Positions 57,267-64,000 of a DNA stretch of 64,000 nucleotides are shown here, piece after piece. The position numbers were made by a program, and so were the translations under genes. How positions within the stretch are numbered: the stretch's first letter is position 1; the number at the start of each line of letters is the position of its first letter. The notes under the pieces are model-generated. The model was not told the DNA's origin, made no database searches, and saw only the letters and a program-made list of their open reading frames with translations. The stretch comes from Chitinophagaceae bacterium. Lineage in GTDB: Bacteria; Bacteroidota; Bacteroidia; Chitinophagales; UBA10324. The stretch spans positions 2,580 to 66,579 of the forward strand of contig CANJII010000017.1 in assembly GCA_947474435.1 (NCBI GenBank), written 5' to 3'.

Positions 57267-58466
57267 CTATTCTGCAATATTGTATTCTTTAATTTTTCGA
57301 TAAAGAGTTCTTTCGGAAATTCCTAAATCGCGGGCTGCATCTTTTCTGCGGCTTCGGTGTTTCTTCAACGCTTTAATAATCATTTCTTTTTCTTTCTCCA
57401 TCAACGACAATGATTCTTCCACTTGAATTTCGTGAACATTATTGTTTGTATCAATCACAATCGGTTTTGCCATTTCGTGAGTTTGCATTGGAGAAAAACC
57501 TTGCTGCACCTTGTAATCCGAAACTCCTTTCATTGAATCGCCTCCGGGAACTGCGGTGTAAACAATTTTTTTCAATTCATTCAAATCGCCCTTCATTTCA
57601 AAAAGCATTTTGTAAAGAATTTCCCGTTCCGACATGAAATTCTGATTATCGGAATGAGACATTGGTACCGGTAAATTATTTTGGCGGGTATCGGGAATGA
57701 ACTGCCGAAACTCTTCGGCACTTACAATTTTATTTTTTGAAAGAACAGAAACCTGCTCTGCAATATTCTTTAATTCACGAATATTTCCGGGGAAAGTATA
57801 ATTCGTCAATAACTGTTTTGCATTATCATCTAATTGAATCGGGTCGGTGTGATATTTCTCAGCGAAGTCAATACAAAACCTACGGAACAAAGTTGGAATA
57901 TCTTCCTTCCGGTCGCGCAGCGATGGAACCAGAATCGGAACGGTATTTAAACGATAATATAAATCTTCGCGAAATCGTCCGGCAGAAATTTTATCTAACA
58001 AATTAATATTTGTTGCAGCCACAACACGCACATCTGTTTTCAAAACTTTTGACGAACCCACTCTGATGTATTCCTGCGATTCCAATACACGAAGCAATCT
58101 TGCTTGTGTTCCTATTGGTAATTCTCCCACTTCATCTAAAAAAATTGTTCCGCTGTTTACGGTTTCAAAATATCCTTTGCGTGCTTCGTGCGCACCCGTG
58201 AACGAACCTTTCTCGTGACCGAATAATTCGGAATCAATGGTGCCTTCAGGAATTGCTCCACAGTTTACAGCGATAAACGGATTATGCTTGCGCTTACTTA
58301 GTTGATGAATGATGTGAGAAAAACTTTCTTTGCCCACACCACTTTCACCATTGATTAAAACTGTTAAATCAGTTGGTGCTACCTGTATGGCAGTTTGCAA
58401 TGCATGATTCAAAGCAGGGCTGTTGCCTATAATTCCAAATCGGTTTTTTAATGATTGTAATTCCAC
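57267..58466 (-). CDS. sigma-54-dependent transcriptional activator (AAA+ plus Fis-type HTH, no receiver domain)
   Basis: Walker A GESGVGKE, ESELFGHEKGSFTGA (GAFTGA-like loop), Walker B FLDEVGEL, RVVAATN, and C-terminal HTH AARDLGISERTLYRKIKEY. GTG start. Confidence 0.85.
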   Translation of the reverse strand: MELQSLKNRFGIIGNSPALNHALQTAIQVAPTDLTVLINGESGVGKESFSHIIHQLSKRKHNPFIAVNCGAIPEGTIDSELFGHEKGSFTGAHEARKGYFETVNSGTIFLDEVGELPIGTQARLLRVLESQEYIRVGSSKVLKTDVRVVAATNINLLDKISAGRFREDLYYRLNTVPILVPSLRDRKEDIPTLFRRFCIDFAEKYHTDPIQLDDNAKQLLTNYTFPGNIRELKNIAEQVSVLSKNKIVSAEEFRQFIPDTRQNNLPVPMSHSDNQNFMSEREILYKMLFEMKGDLNELKKIVYTAVPGGDSMKGVSDYKVQQGFSPMQTHEMAKPIVIDTNNNVHEIQVEESLSLMEKEKEMIIKALKKHRSRRKDAARDLGISERTLYRKIKEYNIAE

Positions 58467-58519
58467 TTTTCTTTTTCCTTTTATTAAAAAATCAAATCAC
58501 TATTAAAAATATTCCTGAC

Positions 58520-59950
58520 TTAAATTACTTCACCAATCAGAGTTGCGGAAGTTGCACTAATCACTTTCACATTTGCGTAGTCTCCCGGTTTTAAATTTCC
58601 TTTTGGAAAAATTAAAACTTTGTTCTGAGAATTTCTTCCGAACAATTGTTCTTTCGATCGTTTGCTGGTTCCTTCCACTAAAACTTCATAAACTTTTCCT
58701 GGCTCTGATTTATTGTCTTCTGCCTGATGCACATGTTGTAAATCAACTATCTCCTGCAAGCGACGACTCTTTATTAATTCCGGCACATCATCTTTCAATG
58801 TTCGCGCAGCAAGTGTTCCGGGGCGTTCGCTGTATGTAAACATGTAGGCCATAGAATAGCGCACATAATCCATCATGCTCAGTGTTTCCAAATGGTCTTC
58901 TTCAGTTTCTGTACAAAATCCTGAAATAATATCGGCACTGATGGTGCAATCAGGAAGAATTTTTCTGATAGAATCTACCTTGCTTTTATACCATTCGCGA
59001 TTGTAAGTTCTGTTCATTAATTCCAAAACTCTGGAGCTGCCCGATTGAACTGGCAAATGAATGTACTTGCAAATGTTGTGATACTTTTTTATGGTGTACA
59101 AAACATCATCGGTAATATCTTTCGGATGAGAAGTGCTGAACCGAACACGCAACAACGGATTCACTTTAGCAACCATCTCTAATAAATTTGCAAAAGAAAT
59201 TGTTTCGTTCGAGTCTTCGTTTTCCCATTTATAACTGTCAACATTTTGTCCGAGCAAAGTCACTTCACGATAACCATTGTTAAATAAATCTTCAGCTTCG
59301 CGAACAATACTTTCTGCATCGCGACTGCGCTCACGACCACGAGTGAACGGCACCACACAAAACGAACACATGTTATCGCATCCACGCATAATGGAAATGA
59401 AAGCAACAATTCCATTGCTGTTCAATCGAACCGGATTTATATCGGCATAAGTTTCTTCACGACTCAGTAAAACATTTATCGCCTTGGTTCCATCTTCAGC
59501 ACTTTTCACAAGGGAGGGTAATTCACGGTATGCATCAGGACCAACAACGAGGTCAACCATTTTTTCTTCATCGAGCAATTGAGTTTTCAAGCGCTCAGCC
59601 ATGCAACCCATTATGCCAATGAGCGCTCCTGGTTTTTTCTTCTTTACAGATTTTAATTCACTGATGCGTAATCTGATTTTGTCTTCCGCTTTTTCGCGAA
59701 TGGAACAAGTGTTAATCAATAACACATCGGCTTCGTTGTGATTTTTTGTAACTGAAAAACCTTCAGCAACCATAATAGAAGCAATGATTTCGCTGTCGCT
59801 GAAATTCATGGCGCAACCATAACTTTCAACATACAGGAATTTGCCTGTTGATTTTTTGGTTGCGGGTTGTGCAATTGAAAGTGCTTCGCCCTGCCGACTT
59901 TCGTCGTGAGTTTTATCAATAGTTTCTAAGCCGGGATAAATTTCTGCCAT
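58520..59950 (-). CDS. miaB: tRNA-2-methylthio-N6-dimethylallyladenosine synthase
   Basis: UPF0004 domain FLYVESYGCAMNFSDSE, radical-SAM CDNMCSFCVVP, and a TRAM C-terminus. Start trimmed to the ATG at 59950 (MAEIYPG). The upstream part of the track ORF reads through an intergenic hairpin. Confidence 0.88.
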   Translation of the reverse strand: MAEIYPGLETIDKTHDESRQGEALSIAQPATKKSTGKFLYVESYGCAMNFSDSEIIASIMVAEGFSVTKNHNEADVLLINTCSIREKAEDKIRLRISELKSVKKKKPGALIGIMGCMAERLKTQLLDEEKMVDLVVGPDAYRELPSLVKSAEDGTKAINVLLSREETYADINPVRLNSNGIVAFISIMRGCDNMCSFCVVPFTRGRERSRDAESIVREAEDLFNNGYREVTLLGQNVDSYKWENEDSNETISFANLLEMVAKVNPLLRVRFSTSHPKDITDDVLYTIKKYHNICKYIHLPVQSGSSRVLELMNRTYNREWYKSKVDSIRKILPDCTISADIISGFCTETEEDHLETLSMMDYVRYSMAYMFTYSERPGTLAARTLKDDVPELIKSRRLQEIVDLQHVHQAEDNKSEPGKVYEVLVEGTSKRSKEQLFGRNSQNKVLIFPKGNLKPGDYANVKVISATSATLIGEVI

Positions 59951-60056
59951 TGTAATTTTTGGGAGCGCTAAAATAAGCAATGAAAGGAGAGAATCATGAC
60001 CATGATTTGGTGAAAATATTATTGGACTTCTTTGGAAAATTATTCTTCCGTAAAAC

Positions 60057-60088
60057 CTCACCCCTAACCCCTCTCTCAAGGAGAGGGG
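60057..60088 (-). terminator. G/C hairpin element, possibly a terminator for the upstream gene or a REP-like element
   Basis: The plus strand reads CCTCACCCCTAA-CCCCTCTC-tcaag-GAGAGGGG. On the minus strand the hairpin is followed by TTAGGGGTGAGGTTTTAC, which is only a short U-tract. Confidence 0.35.
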
Positions 60089-60156
60089 AACAGTCACGAT
60101 AATTTATTTACAGTTTTAATTTAGACTGAAATTTTCTGAAATATTTTTCAAGAATA

Positions 60157-61347
60157 TCAGACCGGTTTAAACGGATGTCTTTCAACCACTTTTGATTCGG
60201 TGTTTTTTAGAAAAGCTTTTTGTAAAATGTTAAAGAGCCTTCGGGCAATAGGGTTATAGAAATAAAAATATCCGTTAATTTTTCTGGGAATTGCTCCGAG
60301 AATTGATTTAGCTTCTATGGCAGTTCGACCCATTTCCATACAAGCACATTTATTTAAAATGGCTTGTTCAATTCCATGAAAAAGAATATTGAAGTAGATC
60401 GAATGTTTTTGATTTTCTTCTTTATCAAACCCAACAAAATGAATTTCATATTCTTTTGATTCTTCATGCAACCGGTGAATGACAAAAGCAATTAACTCCT
60501 GCTTTTTAAAGAAGCTGAATATTTTCACAGCATCGCCATACACTTTTTTTAATTCAGAAAAATAATTTGAATGCACTCTGCCTAAACGGATGGTTTGTTT
60601 CTCCACTATGTTTTCAAATAATGAAAACAGTTTTTGCTGATGAAGCATTATTTCTGATTCATCAAATTCTGCAATTGAAATTCCAATTAGTTTTTTCCGG
60701 ATGGAACGAAACCGCTGAGCGTACTTGTGCTTGAGCGAATGCTCGTAATCAACAATGGAATTCCAGTTTTCAGGAATAAACAATTGCATGGTTTTATCGC
60801 CTTCGTATTTACTTAATCCTAGTGACGACAAAACATCAACATCGTAATCCGGAATATCTTTTATCAATAAAGATGATGCGCGAACTTTTTTTGCTAAAAT
60901 TTTTATGGCTGAATTTAATTGTTGAGCAAGTTCATTGGTTAAATCAGATTTGAAACAATATCCTGCGCCTTCAATACTGAAAAAACTTCCACAAACAAGA
61001 ATGCTGAACCGGTTGTCAATGATTTTTCTTTCCATCCAATTCAAAACAGAATTTTCTTTAAAGAAATTTTTATAATGACGATGGTCGAAACTCAATAATT
61101 GAAAATATGCTGCACCAATATTCTCACCTTTTTCATTGCTGAAAATGATGAAGTAAAAATTCATATCGTTGCCGGTGGTTTTCCGGATGGCATTGAGATG
61201 TGATGAATGTAAATGCGGATGATTCGCCACTAAAGAATTCCATGTGAGTTCTATTTCTGAAAATTCTTTTTCAGAATAAATGCGGGATGCTTCGCTTGAT
61301 GATGAAAGCGGAACAGCACGATTAGCAAAAGTGATCAGGCAACTCAA
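60157..61347 (-). CDS. hypothetical protein, possibly a FemAB/BioF2-like GNAT-fold acyltransferase
   Basis: 396-aa ORF. The layout and size recall Acetyltransf_6-type proteins, but I see no decisive motif. The only start option before residue 62 is TTG at 61347. Confidence 0.45.
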   Translation of the reverse strand: MSCLITFANRAVPLSSSSEASRIYSEKEFSEIELTWNSLVANHPHLHSSHLNAIRKTTGNDMNFYFIIFSNEKGENIGAAYFQLLSFDHRHYKNFFKENSVLNWMERKIIDNRFSILVCGSFFSIEGAGYCFKSDLTNELAQQLNSAIKILAKKVRASSLLIKDIPDYDVDVLSSLGLSKYEGDKTMQLFIPENWNSIVDYEHSLKHKYAQRFRSIRKKLIGISIAEFDESEIMLHQQKLFSLFENIVEKQTIRLGRVHSNYFSELKKVYGDAVKIFSFFKKQELIAFVIHRLHEESKEYEIHFVGFDKEENQKHSIYFNILFHGIEQAILNKCACMEMGRTAIEAKSILGAIPRKINGYFYFYNPIARRLFNILQKAFLKNTESKVVERHPFKPV

Positions 61348-61378
61348 AATATAAAATATGATTGTTAAGTCGAACGAC

Positions 61379-62401
61379 TCAGAGTTTTATTTTGGAAATA
61401 ATTTCAGAAAATTTATTGAGCATTTCATCAGTGAAATCCAAGTGAGTAACCATGCGGATTGAATTTCCTCCAATGGCAAAACAGAAAATGTTGTTCTCCT
61501 TTAATTTCTCCACTAATAGTTCTGCTTTGAATTCCGGTTTCAGTTTGAAAATTAAAATGTTGGTGTCAACGGCCATTAACGATTCAATCCAACCGGTTTT
61601 ATTTAAAATTTCCGCTAATGATTTTGCTCTTTTATGGTCTTCTTTTAATCGCTGAATATTATTTTGTAAAGCATAAATTCCGGCAGCAGCTAAAAATCCT
61701 GCCTGTCGCATTCCTCCCCCGAAAACTTTGCGGTATTTTCTGGCACTTGCAATAAAACTTTTATCTCCTAACAACACCGAACCAACGGGGCAACCCAATC
61801 CTTTCGATAAACAAACACTCACACTATCGAACATTGGTCCTATTTCTTTTGGCGAAACATTTATCTCAACTAAGCAATTAAAAACTCTTGCTCCATCTAA
61901 ATGGATTTTGAGATTGTTATTGTGAGCAGTTTCACTCAACGCTTTCATTTCATTCAACTGATAATAACTTCCGCCTCCGCGATTGGCGGTATTTTCAATC
62001 ACCACCAATCTTGTTTTCGGGTGATGAATATTATCGGGATTAATGTTTTCAGAAATATCTGAGGGCTTAATTCTTCCCCTGTCGCCGTTGATTAACCGAA
62101 CGGAGGAGAGAGAGTGATAAGCAATTCCGCCTGACTCATAAAAATAAACATGATTGCTTTTCTCCACTATCACTTCATCCATTGGTTGGGTGTGAGTCTT
62201 TATCGCAATCTGATTGGTCATTGTTCCTGTAGGGCAATAGATAGCAGCTTCTTTTCCAAACATGTTCGCAGCTAAATCCTCTAATTCATTTATGCTTGGG
62301 TCTTCACCGAATACATCGTCGCCAACTTTAGCATTCATCATTGCCTGCATCATGGCAGGAGTTGGTTTTGTTACTGTGTCGCTTCGTAAATCGATTATCA
62401 T
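61379..62401 (-). CDS. ltaE: low-specificity L-threonine aldolase
   Basis: IDLRSDTVTKPT, GTMTNQIAI, LHLDGARVFN, CLSKGLGCPVGS (PLP Lys), 340 aa. Confidence 0.85.
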   Translation of the reverse strand: MIIDLRSDTVTKPTPAMMQAMMNAKVGDDVFGEDPSINELEDLAANMFGKEAAIYCPTGTMTNQIAIKTHTQPMDEVIVEKSNHVYFYESGGIAYHSLSSVRLINGDRGRIKPSDISENINPDNIHHPKTRLVVIENTANRGGGSYYQLNEMKALSETAHNNNLKIHLDGARVFNCLVEINVSPKEIGPMFDSVSVCLSKGLGCPVGSVLLGDKSFIASARKYRKVFGGGMRQAGFLAAAGIYALQNNIQRLKEDHKRAKSLAEILNKTGWIESLMAVDTNILIFKLKPEFKAELLVEKLKENNIFCFAIGGNSIRMVTHLDFTDEMLNKFSEIISKIKL

Positions 62402-63012
62402 AAGTGAAGTGCAAATTTTACTTTGTCAATAAAATCTAAAAACAATTCGGGTTTCAATAAAACAGGAAATAAAAATCCGAAGAGAGCGCCATAAAAATGC
62501 GCATCATGATTAATTCTGTCACCACCGCGCTTTGCCATGTACCATGAATAGCCGAGATAAATGACTCCCATTAAAACACCCGGCATCGGAATAAAAAAAA
62601 CTAAAACCTGCGACATTGGATTTATTAAAATGAAAGCAAACAATACCGCACTCACAGCACCGGAAGCTCCAAGTGAACGGTAAGAAGGTGACTCGTGATA
62701 TTTAATGTAAGATGAAAGGTCAGAAACTATGATTGCTCCGATGTACAAAACCAGAAAATAGTAAATTGATAACCCTTCAAAAAAATAATCGAAGTATTGA
62801 ATCAATACTAATCCAAAAGAATACAACACAAACATGTTGAAAAACAGGTGCATGAAGTCGGCGTGCAAAAAACCGGATGAAATAAACCGCCACCATTCCT
62901 TATTGTGCTTTACAGCATAAGGATACATAATGAAGCGATTCATAAGATTGACATCCTGCAATGCAAGAAACGAAAACAGCGAAGTGAAAATGATGATGAT
63001 GTAAACGATCAT
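62398..63012 (-). CDS. rhomboid family intramembrane serine protease
   Basis: WRFISSGFLHADFMHLFFNM, GASGAVSAVLFAF (GxSG) and HDAHFYGALFG (catalytic His), with six TM segments. The stop overlaps the ltaE ATG as ATGA. Confidence 0.8.
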   Translation of the reverse strand: MIVYIIIIFTSLFSFLALQDVNLMNRFIMYPYAVKHNKEWWRFISSGFLHADFMHLFFNMFVLYSFGLVLIQYFDYFFEGLSIYYFLVLYIGAIIVSDLSSYIKYHESPSYRSLGASGAVSAVLFAFILINPMSQVLVFFIPMPGVLMGVIYLGYSWYMAKRGGDRINHDAHFYGALFGFLFPVLLKPELFLDFIDKVKFALHL

Positions 63013-63123
63013 GAGCGCAAAATACTAATGGGATTGGTGAATTGTCAAATTTGAGAGGTGATTGAAATTGTTTTCTTTCTATTAAAACGAAATTCAAAAA
63101 TCTTAAATCAAAAGTCTAAAATA

Positions 63124-63588
63124 TTACTGATGATGATATTTTTCTCCTTTCAATATGGTGAATGCACGATACAATTGTTCGCAGAAAATAAGTTTTGCCA
63201 ACTGGTGCGGAAAAGTGAGTGATGAAAGCGATATTAAATCACTTGATTTCTTTTTTACATCATCAGAAAAACCAAAGGCTCCACCAATGACAAAAATCAG
63301 GTTCTTTTTTCCGGTATTCATTTTTGATTGAAGGAAATCTGAAAATTTTTTGGAGGTGAATTGTTTTCCATTTTCATCGAGCAACACAACAATTGTATCT
63401 GAAGTAAAATACTGTTCCAGCAATTTTGCTTCTGCTTTTAATTGTTCAGTTGCATTTGATTCGGCTTTGGCTTTTATAGTTTTTGTTTCGAACGAATTGT
63501 ATTTTTTAATCCGCTTTTCAAATTCAGCTACACCTTCAACAATGTATTTTTCTTCAGATCGGGTGAAGGATAGGAGGAGAATTTTCAT
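63124..63588 (-). CDS. rlmH: 23S rRNA (pseudouridine1915-N3)-methyltransferase
   Basis: SPOUT fold, 154 aa. LIFVIGGAFGFSDDV...LSSLTFPHQLAKLIFCEQLYRAFTILKGEKYH is the RlmH signature. Confidence 0.85.
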   Translation of the reverse strand: MKILLLSFTRSEEKYIVEGVAEFEKRIKKYNSFETKTIKAKAESNATEQLKAEAKLLEQYFTSDTIVVLLDENGKQFTSKKFSDFLQSKMNTGKKNLIFVIGGAFGFSDDVKKKSSDLISLSSLTFPHQLAKLIFCEQLYRAFTILKGEKYHHQ

Positions 63589-63594
63589 TTCAAT

Positions 63595-64000
63595 TTATTT
63601 CAAAACAGAAATCGTATTCTCTTTATCCAACTTCAATTGTTCCTTCAGTTCATCAATGGAAGAAAACTTTTTCTCTTCTCTCAATCGTTTTACAAAATGA
63701 ATTTTCAGTTCCTCATTGTATAAATCTTTATTGAAATCAAGCAGGTGAACTTCGAGTTTATGATGCATGCCATCTACTGTTGGCCGGTATCCAATATTCA
63801 TCATTCCTTTCAGTTTTGCAGTTTTATAATTTACATAAACTGCATATACACCATCTGCAGGAGTTAATTTGAGTGAATCTTTAACAGCAATGTTTGCAGT
63901 TGGAAAACCTATTTTATTTCCGAGTTGCTGACCATGAACGACTGTTCCGGCAATTGAGTACGAGTGGCCAAGTAAATGTGTTGCCAGTTCAATATCACCC
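63595..64000 (-). CDS. ribF: bifunctional riboflavin kinase / FAD synthetase, C-terminal (riboflavin kinase) part, 5'-truncated by the window edge
   Basis: My own translation of the frame up to the window edge: GDIELATHLLGHSYSIAGTVVHGQQLGNKIGFPTANIAV...GVYAVYV...GMMNIGYRPTVDG..LEVHLLDFNKDLYNEELKIHFVKRLREEKKFSSIDELKEQL. Confidence 0.85.
   Translation of the reverse strand, partial: GDIELATHLLGHSYSIAGTVVHGQQLGNKIGFPTANIAVKDSLKLTPADGVYAVYVNYKTAKLKGMMNIGYRPTVDGMHHKLEVHLLDFNKDLYNEELKIHFVKRLREEKKFSSIDELKEQLKLDKENTISVLK

Noticed and set aside
59951-60097. 49-codon N-terminal extension of miaB in the track ORF (MTVPLSLREGLGVRFYG...).
   Set aside because: It reads through the GC-rich intergenic hairpin. 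The conserved MiaB N-terminus begins shortly after the ATG at 59950.
1-64000. Searched for tRNA-like T-arm motifs (GGTTCGAATCC type), rRNA, tmRNA/SRP/RNase P conserved blocks, transposase or integrase genes, and CRISPR repeats.
   Set aside because: None was recognised by eye. A covariance-model scan (tRNAscan-SE, Infernal/Rfam) would be needed to be definitive.

Overview
AT-rich 64-kb chromosomal segment that looks like a Bacteroidota genome. The assignment rests on five proteins with T9SS C-terminal sorting domains, a conserved miaB / sigma-54 activator / lptE-like / secG cluster, a PafA-type phosphatase, and TAnnTTTG-type promoter motifs. I support about 50 protein genes, mostly housekeeping: ribD, ispH, cmk, parE, an EF-G paralog, mpl, rnhA, pyrC-like, pfkA, prmC, clpS, hppA, tilS, a polyprenyl synthase, secG, miaB, ltaE, rlmH and a partial ribF. 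Large secreted or adhesin-type T9SS cargo genes are interspersed among them. I found no rRNA, tRNA, CRISPR array, transposase, integrase or phage genes. Five items stand out. (1) A clear cobalamin riboswitch (about 34630-34815) drives a single T9SS-exported beta-propeller gene with no B12 transporter nearby. (2) A membrane pyrophosphatase carries a 123-residue C-terminal tail with 20 Cys, 12 Met and 5 His. (3) The same ~77-aa two-cysteine repeat module occurs about 23 times in a 2259-aa type-B T9SS protein and 7 times in an M64-like metallopeptidase chimera. (4) A small secreted protein overlaps the start of that peptidase gene by ATGA and may be a split-off M64 N-terminal domain. (5) Two lipoprotein ORFs of 49 and 50 codons fall below the ORF-track length cutoff. 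All family assignments come from motif recognition by eye, since no database search was possible. Domain boundaries are approximate. Several ORF-track starts are GTG or TTG, so start codons are less certain than stops.
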